Virus record (IMG/VR): IMGVR_UViG_3300043803_001696
DNA: 64,000 nucleotides
Reading direction: 5' to 3' (one strand)
Source of the DNA: an uncultured virus (IMG/VR IMGVR_UViG_3300043803_001696)
Taxonomy: Duplodnaviria > Heunggongvirae > Uroviricota > Caudoviricetes
The notes under the pieces are model-generated. The model had not been told where the DNA came from. It was given only the letters and a program-made list of their open reading frames with translations, and did not search any database. Positions 49,331 to 56,793 of the stretch are shown in pieces. The translations under genes were made by a program, and so were the position numbers. Positions within the stretch are counted from its first letter, which is position 1. Every line of letters starts with the position of its first letter.

Positions 49331-49472
49331 TTATTTCTCAGAAGCTTGCTGCAAGGGCACAGAGCTTGTAGAGGGCTGGTACTGGTATGAAGACGATGGG
49401 GAAGAAGTGGGAGGGCCGTATAGAGACGAAAAAGCCGCCATTGCGGCGGCTCAATCAGGGCTTAAATGGTGA
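49317..49472 (+). CDS. hypothetical protein (51 aa)
   Basis: Read by hand: ...EGWYWYEDDGEEVGGPYRDEKAAIAAA. Confidence 0.55.
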   Translation: MILIDYFSEACCKGTELVEGWYWYEDDGEEVGGPYRDEKAAIAAAQSGLKW

Positions 49473-49488
49473 GGGTTCGGCTGGCTAT

Positions 49489-49557
49489 GTATTGGGTCCG
49501 GCTGAAAGTGTATTGGACCCGGCTAGAGGCGTATTGGGTCCGGGCAAAGGTGTATTA
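49489..49557. repeat. 21-bp period tandem repeat
   Basis: GTATTGGGTCCGGCTGAAAGT / GTATTGGACCCGGCTAGAGGC / GTATTGGGTCCGGGCAAAGGT / GTATTA. Confidence 0.85.
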
Positions 49558-49995
49558 GTGCGTTTGTACTATTTTTCTTGGTGAGAATGAGAATCGTTCT
49601 CAATAGTACTGGTGTACTGTAGTACTGGTGTACTACTGATACTGAGAATCATTCTCAATAATGGCATCCATAAGCTGAGCTTATCAATCCGGGCCGAACC
49701 ATCAGCATCCCTTATCTTATAAGGCATCCTGATCATTCCAGGCCAAACAATCAGCCCAGCTTATCAGCGCCCGACTAGTACGTTTGCACTTGTGCCGATT
49801 GGCGGATTGGCACAATCCCCGGATTCCCGACCGACTCGCCGTAGTATTGCGAAATGTGACAATCGCTTGCCCATGGCAGTGCATTATCACGATGCCGTTA
49901 TGTCCCAGTTCTTTACCCTTAGGAGCGCTGTTGTTAGCTATACCTTTCGGCCTTTCCAGTTCTTTATACTGCAGCGAACCATAAGCAGCGCTGAT
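49557..49995. promoter_or_regulatory. cluster of Fur-, LexA-, LysR- and HLR1-like boxes (left)
   Basis: TGAGAATn[AG]TTCTCA x2; AGTACTGGTGTACT x2 plus 2 variants; AT[AC]AG[CG]-N3-[CG]CT[TG]AT x5; ATTGCGAA-at-GTGACAAT. Confidence 0.7.
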
Positions 49996-50378
49996 CAGCG
50001 CTGAGAGGCTCCCAGGAGCCTCTGTGAGGCGTTTCAGGCCTTCCCGGCTATCCCCACACCTAGAAGCGCTTTCCGCAGCTTTCCAGATGGGGCAAGGCGT
50101 TTCGGCCGTTACGGTTCGCCTCGCTACTTTTTGGGCAATGGTTGACAGGATGGCGGGAGGCATGATTTGCGCGCGCATGCGCGTTCTTTCCTTCCCTGCA
50201 GGATCCTCCCAACCACGGGCGCCAGACAATGGGCCAAACCATGAAAGCGGCGCAGTGCGCCGCATTGTGTGCCGGTGCTGGAGGCGGCACAGCATGCCGC
50301 GCCCTGGTCCGTTCTGGCGGCAACAATGGGCCCATGGCAGGGAAGCGATTCCCGGCCGATTCCCTCCGCTTTCCTCTC

Positions 50379-50699
50379 ATGACCTTCTGCAATCGCCCGG
50401 ACGCCTTTGAATTTCTGTCTGCCGTATCACGTGGCCAGAAACGTGGCACCGTGAAAGCCATTAAGGCAGCGGCCAGAACCCTCGGGCTGATCGACAGCAT
50501 CTCCCACGCACAGCACGGCTACCACGTAAGCAAGGGATGGGAGATCAGCCCTTGCCAGACCCTGAGGGACGTTGCTGAGGCTCTCCTATGGTCGTTTGCT
50601 TCTGCGCCCGTTCTGCCTGCTGAAAAGGCGCGTGCACTCTATCGGCAGACCGTGAAAGGTCACCGCGTGGCGTGGGATGAACCGTCCGAGAACTTCTGA
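50379..50699 (+). CDS. hypothetical protein
   Basis: ATG after GGGAA-GCGA-TTCCC hairpin and pyrimidine leader. Confidence 0.6.
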   Translation: MTFCNRPDAFEFLSAVSRGQKRGTVKAIKAAARTLGLIDSISHAQHGYHVSKGWEISPCQTLRDVAEALLWSFASAPVLPAEKARALYRQTVKGHRVAWDEPSENF

Positions 50700-50744
50700 G
50701 CCTTTCTTTACTTTCCTTTCTTTCCCTTTCTTTCCTTCTGAATC

Positions 50745-50897
50745 ATGACAAGTCTCACCCCCGGCCAACTCATCGAACTGATCGCCCTGGTGGATGACAA
50801 CAACCAGTTCAATGATGAAGAGGATGCTTTCAACTATTGGCAGGAGGTTTCCGATGCGTTGAAGGCAGATTATCGCAAGTGGTTTGAAACTTTCTAG
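50745..50897 (+). CDS. small acidic protein (50 aa)
   Basis: Read by hand: MTSLTPGQLIELIALVDDNNQFNDEEDAFNYWQEVSDALKADYRKWFETF. Confidence 0.6.
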   Translation: MTSLTPGQLIELIALVDDNNQFNDEEDAFNYWQEVSDALKADYRKWFETF

Positions 50898-50928
50898 CCT
50901 TTCTTTCTTTCCTTCTTTCTTTCTGATC

Positions 50929-51624
50929 ATGAAACTTTCTTCCCTTTCTTTTCACCTTTCTACTGTCAGCTCTAACGCTAAGACTGGGCCCATAGCCGTT
51001 AGCACGTCCTCCCGCGCCACGTGTTCTCCTTCCTGTCCTTTCTTTCAGAACGGATGCTACGCAGAATCGGGCCCACTTCTCCTACATTGGCGAAAGGTTA
51101 CCGAAGGTCTGCGCGGTGTTACATTCTCGGAATTCCTTTCTAGTCTTCTCAGCTTAGAAAGTGGGCGTCTGTTTCGCCACAATCAGGCTGGAGATTGCCC
51201 GCATACAAACGGCAGAATCAGCCGCACATTCATCCGCCGCATGGTAGCAAGTGTGCAACACTTAAAGGCCTTCACCTACACTCACCATGACATAAAGTTG
51301 GGAGAGAATCTTCAGCTTCTGAAATACGCTAACCGCAACGGTTTTACAATCAATCTCAGCACTGAGTCAGAAACAGCCGCCGATGATGCAATCGCCGCCG
51401 GATTACCTGCCGTGATGGTAGCTAACAGCGATGAAGAGCGCACAACGTGGCACACGCCGGCCGGGAACACTGTTCTAGTGTGTCCTGCGCAACGTTCAGA
51501 CACTACCACTTGCGCCGATTGCAAGCTGTGCCATCATCGCGGCCGCAGGGTAGTGATAGCTTTCCTCGCCCATGGCACTGGAAAGAAGAAAGCTAACGCC
51601 GCAATCGCTCCCACTAGCCTATAG
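50929..51624 (+). CDS. Cys-rich phage protein (GP88-like, possible Fe-S enzyme)
   Basis: SNAKTG...TCSPSCPF...GCYA, FRHNQAGD, YTH, NLS, CPAQ...CADCKLC, FLAHG. Confidence 0.7.
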   Translation: MKLSSLSFHLSTVSSNAKTGPIAVSTSSRATCSPSCPFFQNGCYAESGPLLLHWRKVTEGLRGVTFSEFLSSLLSLESGRLFRHNQAGDCPHTNGRISRTFIRRMVASVQHLKAFTYTHHDIKLGENLQLLKYANRNGFTINLSTESETAADDAIAAGLPAVMVANSDEERTTWHTPAGNTVLVCPAQRSDTTTCADCKLCHHRGRRVVIAFLAHGTGKKKANAAIAPTSL

Positions 51625-51638
51625 GCTGCGAAACGATC

Positions 51639-51673
51639 GGGCCCTTACTTTATAGTGAGGGCCCCTTTCTTTC
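51639..51673 (+). terminator. putative terminator
   Basis: GGGCCCTTAC-tttata-GTGAGGGCCC then pyrimidines. Confidence 0.55.
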
Positions 51674-51695
51674 TATGGTTGGGAGACAATTAGCC

Positions 51696-51782
51696 TATTG
51701 AGAGGCGTTCTCAATAAGACATTTTTATCAGCATTGCTTATCAGTTGCAAAATGTTACAGGGAGCAGTAGTACGGGCGTTCT
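51696..51782. promoter_or_regulatory. cluster of Fur-, LysR-, HLR1- and LexA-like boxes (right)
   Basis: TATTGAGAggcgtTCTCAATA; ATCAGCattGCTTAT; GTTGCAAA-at-GTTACAGG; AGTACgggcGTTCT. Confidence 0.7.
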
Positions 51783-52049
51783 ATCGCAGGGGGTCGGGGA
51801 TACCCAAATTAGGAGCGACGTAATTTTCAATCCATTTTTTCCCCATATGCCACTTCCCAGTGCGCACTGACCGAACGATCTAGAGCTGAACGATGGGGAG
51901 TGAGGTCACCAAGATTGTTCGTCGTCTTATGGTTCTTTCAGGATGAGAGCTATGGCAAGGAGGACGAAAGTAAGGAGGATTAGGAGAGCAATAATTACGC
52001 TCCAGGAGGGATCAGTTGGTGAGGCGAGGGGATGAAGCATGAATTTATG

Positions 52050-52348
52050 AAGGCCGCTTGCGAGAGGGTAGCTCCCCCAGGAGCGTCATTCATGCGGCCT
52101 TAGTCTTACTATTGTCTCATTTGAGACTGTTTTAAGACTGGCGATAGCTACGCACAATATGGGCGATCAAAAGAAAAGAAGAAAGCGAAAGGAGGTGGTA
52201 AGGAAGGAGCCCAGGAATGTACCGCCTTGGGGGCTCAGCTCGTAGGGCTCCTAGCAAAGGCTTCTTAAAAGAAGGGAGTTGAGAGGAGGATGGTGGAGCT
52301 GAGCCGCTTGTTATCTATCGCCTTGGGGGCTCCTGCTCGTAGCGGCTC
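52050..52348. repeat. structured CCCA-hairpin element, copies 2 (+), 3 (-) and 4 (-)
   Basis: 52050-52101, 52205-52252 and 52301-52348; 8-bp outer stems; CGCCTTGGGGGCTC is identical in copies 3 and 4. Confidence 0.75.
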
Positions 52349-52543
52349 GCGGAGGCTTGAAAGCTGCTCGTAATGGAGCACACGCTACGCCTATTGTTAT
52401 TGTAGAGCTAAATCTTATGAGTCTTAAATGAGACTCATGCTATAGCAAGGAAGTGACAGTTAGGAAAGTGTCTTTTATTGGCAAATCAAGACAAAAGCAA
52501 GGAAAATAAGCGCTGTTAGCATTACTTTCCCTTCTCCGCAACC

Positions 52544-52783
52544 ATGGGATATAACAACAGTCGCACGGGCTATGCCACAGTCGTCAGCTTTTGGAGAGTG
52601 TTCGTCTCTTCAGAAAGAGCATGGCCTCGCACCATTCGGGACTTGCCTGCCATGGTCAAGCCCCCTAAGGAGCAGTTCTACCGTCCACGCGTGGCAGCGC
52701 ATAGCGGCCATCAAATTGACCTCCTGGATTGGCACTTATCTTTAGATGAGACGCCACCGGCATGCTGCTATCCTGATTGGTAG
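52544..52783 (+). CDS. hypothetical protein
   Basis: 79 aa, pyrimidine leader. Confidence 0.5.
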   Translation: MGYNNSRTGYATVVSFWRVFVSSERAWPRTIRDLPAMVKPPKEQFYRPRVAAHSGHQIDLLDWHLSLDETPPACCYPDW

Positions 52784-52796
52784 TTCCTCGTGTCCC

Positions 52797-53159
52797 ATGA
52801 GCTTCGCCAGTTCCCTGCTCTTCTCCATTGCAATGGATGCCTGCAAGGAAGACTTAGACGAAGCGCGAGAGCGTCTTGAAGCTTTTGAACTATGTAATGA
52901 CAAGGTGACTGCTGCTGCGCTTGGCTATTTGCTTGCTAAGCAAGAAGAAAAAAGGAAGGAAGAGCAGGAAGAATGGATTTATGACCGCTTGTGTTCCATC
53001 ATTGATAGTTGCATGGAGTGTGATGGCACCTACTACACAGAAAGTGCAGTGGAAGCCATTTTTGAAGTGTTTTATGATTGGTTAATTCACCACACTGAAA
53101 AGGACTGCGAAAAAGAACTTACCAAATTGTTTAAGCCTTATATTGTGCAAAAGCACTAA
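52797..53159 (+). CDS. hypothetical acidic protein
   Basis: ORF 52746-53159; likely start MSFASS. Confidence 0.6.
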   Translation: MSFASSLLFSIAMDACKEDLDEARERLEAFELCNDKVTAAALGYLLAKQEEKRKEEQEEWIYDRLCSIIDSCMECDGTYYTESAVEAIFEVFYDWLIHHTEKDCEKELTKLFKPYIVQKH

Positions 53160-53221
53160 TTGCTACCATTTTCTTTTTCCATAGCCTTTAGCCTTAAGGA
53201 GCTAGTCTCTTTAGGGCTTTT

Positions 53222-53410
53222 ATGTGGGATGATCTTCCTAGCCCCTTTATGGTGGGAGCCATTAAGGTGTGGCCGGTCCATTCCAGGCCAGATTTTTCTT
53301 GGTTTGTAGCTTACGAAGGTAAGCCGTTCTATTTCAAAACCAAGAGCAGCGCCATGCTCTTCGCCAGGGACAAGCAGTCCATGGAAGACCCAGACGGGCT
53401 GTGCGACTAG
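53222..53410 (+). CDS. hypothetical protein
   Basis: 62 aa. Confidence 0.55.
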   Translation: MWDDLPSPFMVGAIKVWPVHSRPDFSWFVAYEGKPFYFKTKSSAMLFARDKQSMEDPDGLCD

Positions 53411-53513
53411 CGCCAATTGTGCAAAGATGTTGTGATTAAAGCTGGCACGATGGAAGTTTGAGCTAGGCTTTTTCCTGTTGTCACCAGCCCGCATGAGCGG
53501 GCTTTTTCGTCTC

Positions 53514-54959
53514 ATGAAGCTGAAGGAAGGAGCCAAGGCAGACAAGATTGCTCGCACAGGAAGAGTCCAAAATTGGATGGATGATACCAATGGACGCTTG
53601 CCCGTATCTTGCACAGTTTTTGTAGTTGAAGATTCAATGGAAGGGGAGGAAGGCATTGAAGCATCTTGGCGCTTTGTTTCCCATGGTCTGCGTAATGGTG
53701 CAGGAGTTGCTGTTCATTTATCTAATTTGCGCGGCAAAGGGCATGAAAATGGCAAAGGGCTTGTAGCAAGTGGTCCTGTAAGTTTTGGCAAGATTTATTC
53801 CACTCTCAATGAAATTCTTCGTCGCGGCGGCGTCTATAAAAACGGGGCTGTAGTATTGCATCTTGATTATGACCATCCTGATGCGCTTGATTTCCTGCAA
53901 GCTTCTAGGCAAGAACTTCCATGGGTGAAACGTTGTCTAAACGTAGACGAAAATTTCCTTGAACGTTCTTCTAAGGAGCTGATTGATACTCTCCTTAAAG
54001 GCATTGGCACTGGCGACATCTGGCTTAATAAGATTCGCTACAACGAAAAAGGCGAGCGCATTCGTGCCAATGTTTGCCTGGAAGTGTATCTCCCCCATCG
54101 TGGCACCTGCCTGCTGCAGCATGTCAATATGGGCGCCTGCTCCATTGAAGACGTGACAGGGGCCTTTGTGGAGGGCATGGAGCAGCTCTGTGAGCTTCAT
54201 GGCAAAACGGGCGTGGGCGCCACAGGCGAATATCTTCCTTCTGTGATTGATAGACAAGTGGGGCTTGGCATGCTTGGGCTTGCTAATTTCCTTTCCCTCC
54301 ATGGCATTTCTTATGCTGACTTCGGCAAAGCCCTGAAAGCCTTCAATCAAGAAGATCCGCGAGACTGGTATGAAATTATGGACAAGCCAGTGGGTAATGC
54401 CGTATTTGCCATCTTCCAAGGTATTAGTGGTGCTGCTGAAGTGGCTCGTGAAGCTGGAATGGAACGCGCCTTCTGCATTGCTCCTACAGCCTCTTGCTCC
54501 TACCGCTATTTAGATTCCAAAGGCTTTACGACAGCCCCTGAAATCGCCCCTCCCATTGCTCGTTTAGTTGATCGGGATAGTGGCACTTTCGGCGTGGAAA
54601 GCTTTGACTATGGGGAAGTGGAAATTGCTGCTGAAGTGGGCTGGGACAATTACAAACTGGTCGCAGATGAGCTGGTACGTCTGTATCAAAACACTGGTCT
54701 TTTCCATGGCTATTCGTATAACTCATGGAGCGACATTGTTATTTACGACGAGGCCTTCTTGAAAGATTGGCTAGAATCTCCTCAGACAAGCCTCTACTAT
54801 TCGCTGCAAGTTCTCCCGGACACGCAACGAAAAGATGATGCTTACGCTGCCTTAGACGACGAATTTAAGACCATGTTTGGACTCAGCGATACTGAGCCCT
54901 TAGGAGAGACTGTCTCTTGTGGCATAGATGCTGGTTTCTGCGCTGCATGTGCAGAGTGA
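53514..54959 (+). CDS. nrdA: ribonucleotide reductase large subunit (compact cyanophage-type class I alpha)
   Basis: LPVSC, ANVCLE (NxCxE), IAPTASCS, TSLYY tyrosine pair, C-terminal CAAC. Confidence 0.88.
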   Translation: MKLKEGAKADKIARTGRVQNWMDDTNGRLPVSCTVFVVEDSMEGEEGIEASWRFVSHGLRNGAGVAVHLSNLRGKGHENGKGLVASGPVSFGKIYSTLNEILRRGGVYKNGAVVLHLDYDHPDALDFLQASRQELPWVKRCLNVDENFLERSSKELIDTLLKGIGTGDIWLNKIRYNEKGERIRANVCLEVYLPHRGTCLLQHVNMGACSIEDVTGAFVEGMEQLCELHGKTGVGATGEYLPSVIDRQVGLGMLGLANFLSLHGISYADFGKALKAFNQEDPRDWYEIMDKPVGNAVFAIFQGISGAAEVAREAGMERAFCIAPTASCSYRYLDSKGFTTAPEIAPPIARLVDRDSGTFGVESFDYGEVEIAAEVGWDNYKLVADELVRLYQNTGLFHGYSYNSWSDIVIYDEAFLKDWLESPQTSLYYSLQVLPDTQRKDDAYAALDDEFKTMFGLSDTEPLGETVSCGIDAGFCAACAE

Positions 54960-55046
54960 CCCATCCTTCTCCTCCTTTTGTTGATGGGGCCGCTTTGACG
55001 GCCCTCTTCTGTCTGTTTTCATTCCTTTCCATCGCGCTTTCTAATA

Positions 55047-55781
55047 ATGACCGTCCTTGAAAAGAGCCCCTATTCAGCAATGATCGCCAAGAAGCGCCCC
55101 TGGCAAGCCACGCCAGTGGACAATTCGCCTGTGAAGGAAGGCGCTGAATCCACGCTTTTCAAGACCATTGCTTTGCGCCACCTTGAACTGCCCGTGAAGG
55201 ACTTGCTTGAGCAAGGCTTACAGAAGGAACTGCCTTCCACTCCTGGCATCATTGAGGCGTTGCGCTCCAACCAGAAGGATGAAGAGCGTCATGATGAAGC
55301 GCTGAACTATGTTGCTGCCGCCTATGGCACTGACGAGAAGGCAGAGCGAGAAGTGCAAAACATCTTGAAGGTGTGGATGGAGCACCCCGCCCATCCAATT
55401 CATAAAGTGTCCATTATTGAGCGTTCTATCTTCTTCGTTGCCCTGCCGTTCTTCCGCTTCAATGGCAACATCGGCATGCGCACGGTGTCAGCAGACATTA
55501 GCCGTGACGAGCAAGTGCATTGTGGCGTTCATGGTTTGGTGGCCAAGGAACTGGGCGAAACGGAAACGGAAAGCCTTAATAAGCTGCGCATTGCCACTGC
55601 TGGCTGGCTGTTTGAGCACTTGGGCAAGAGCGATGATCAATGGCTCGACAAAAACGCTTGGATGCAGCGCTCTGAGCGCCTGTTCTGGGAAGGAAAGGCT
55701 TCTGGCATGGAAGACTCCCGTCGTAGCCGTCAAATCGCGTTCTTTGAAAGTTCAAACGTAAATCTTCCATGCTATGGTTGA
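55047..55781 (+). CDS. nrdB: ribonucleotide reductase small subunit (ferritin-like beta)
   Basis: DEERH and DEQVH metal-ligand motifs, C-terminal FFE...Y; directly after alpha. Confidence 0.8.
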   Translation: MTVLEKSPYSAMIAKKRPWQATPVDNSPVKEGAESTLFKTIALRHLELPVKDLLEQGLQKELPSTPGIIEALRSNQKDEERHDEALNYVAAAYGTDEKAEREVQNILKVWMEHPAHPIHKVSIIERSIFFVALPFFRFNGNIGMRTVSADISRDEQVHCGVHGLVAKELGETETESLNKLRIATAGWLFEHLGKSDDQWLDKNAWMQRSERLFWEGKASGMEDSRRSRQIAFFESSNVNLPCYG

Positions 55782-55835
55782 CATTTGATTCCCTTCTTAT
55801 GCTATGATTACGGGGTTAACCACCCCGTTTTTTTT
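55778..55835 (+). promoter_or_regulatory. promoter overlapping a terminator-like hairpin
   Basis: TTGACA...TGcTATGAT, then ACGGGGT-taacc-ACCCCGT-T run immediately before ATG. Confidence 0.65.
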
Positions 55836-56477
55836 ATGGAAGAAATCTGGAAACCTATTCCTGGCTACGAAAATTTATACGAAGCCTCAAGCTTGGGTAA
55901 TATTAGATCTGTAGACAGGACTGTTTTAGATGAGCGAAATCAGAAGCAGCGCACGCGCACATTCAGGGGGAGACAATTGTCCCCAAATATCAATAAAGAT
56001 AGCGGCCGTCATTCTGTCATGCTTTCTAAAGAAGGAAAGACAAAAAGATTCACAGTCGCTCGTTTAATTTGCCTGGCTTTTCATGGCTTGCCTCCAGAAG
56101 GGAAAAATTTAGTATTGCATTATGACGACATTCATACAAATAATATGCCAGAAAACTTAAGGTGGGGCAATCACTTGGAAAATCTAGAAGATTGCGTTCG
56201 CAATAGAGGCTCTCATCCCCGTTACATTGATGGCAGAAGCAATCGCAAGAGAGGACCAGTCGGGGGCGCCATCTTAAATGAGTATCAAGTAAGAGTGTTG
56301 AGGCGACTTCCTGACCTACGCTCACTGCGAGGGTTGAGGGAAGACCTGGCCGAAGAGTGGGGAGTCGCTCCTTCTAGCATATCCAGCGCCAAATACAAAC
56401 AAACAGCGTGGAACACGCTATCTCCTGTGCCGCTATGGGAAATCGCCAACGTAAATCTTCCTTCCTACGGCTCTTGA
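55836..56477 (+). mobile_element. NUMOD4-HNH homing endonuclease
   Basis: EIWKPIPGYENLYEASSLGNIRS (NUMOD4); VARLICLAFHG...VLHYDD..TNN..ENLRWG (HNH). Confidence 0.92.
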
Positions 56478-56483
56478 CGCTGT

Positions 56484-56522
56484 GGGGCTTCCGCTATTGC
56501 TACATCGGAAGCCCCGCTTTTC
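56484..56522 (+). terminator. terminator-like hairpin
   Basis: GGGGCTTCCG-12 nt-CGGAAGCCCC-gcTTTTT. Confidence 0.6.
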
Positions 56523-56580
56523 CCGCATAGAAAGCCCCGTCTTTCTTGTCTAGAGTTGATTAAAGACTTCTTCAAAAGCC

Positions 56581-56793
56581 GTGGGCGAGCGCAGGACGTT
56601 TGACACCCCCATTCGCTGCAAATGGAACGCGCCCATTCATAATTTATTGAAAGCCATTGATAATCACACTGAATTATTTCTTCTCCATGGAGACCCTTGG
56701 CATGCCAAAAAGGCAGCAGAACTCAGGGCTTATGTTCACGAACTAAAAACTTGGATTCACAAAGAAGAACAAAATACCCTTGGTCAGATTTGA
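56581..56793 (+). CDS. hypothetical phage protein
   Basis: TPIRCKWNAPIHNLLKAIDNH...LRAYVHELKTWIH. Confidence 0.65.
   Translation: MGERRTFDTPIRCKWNAPIHNLLKAIDNHTELFLLHGDPWHAKKAAELRAYVHELKTWIHKEEQNTLGQI

Noticed and set aside
49489..49557. 21-bp repeat as a mini-CRISPR
   Set aside because: Units are directly tandem, with no spacer-length unique sequence
49717..50500. Several overlapping ORFs in the box-rich region
   Set aside because: Arg/Pro/Ala-rich random-looking translations without the leaders seen for real genes; treated as non-coding up to 50379
50884..50928. TTG start giving a duplicated MKLSSLSF N-terminus
   Set aside because: Arises from an 11-bp repeat (TGAAACTTTCT) plus the pyrimidine leader; ATG 50929 is the better start
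39257..52348. CCCA element as a hammerhead, pistol or twister ribozyme
   Set aside because: The conserved cores (e.g. CUGANGA/GAAA) and required pairings are not present
55755..56477. Group I intron in nrdB
   Set aside because: Almost the whole interval is HNH coding sequence, with no room for a ribozyme core; nrdB is already complete upstream
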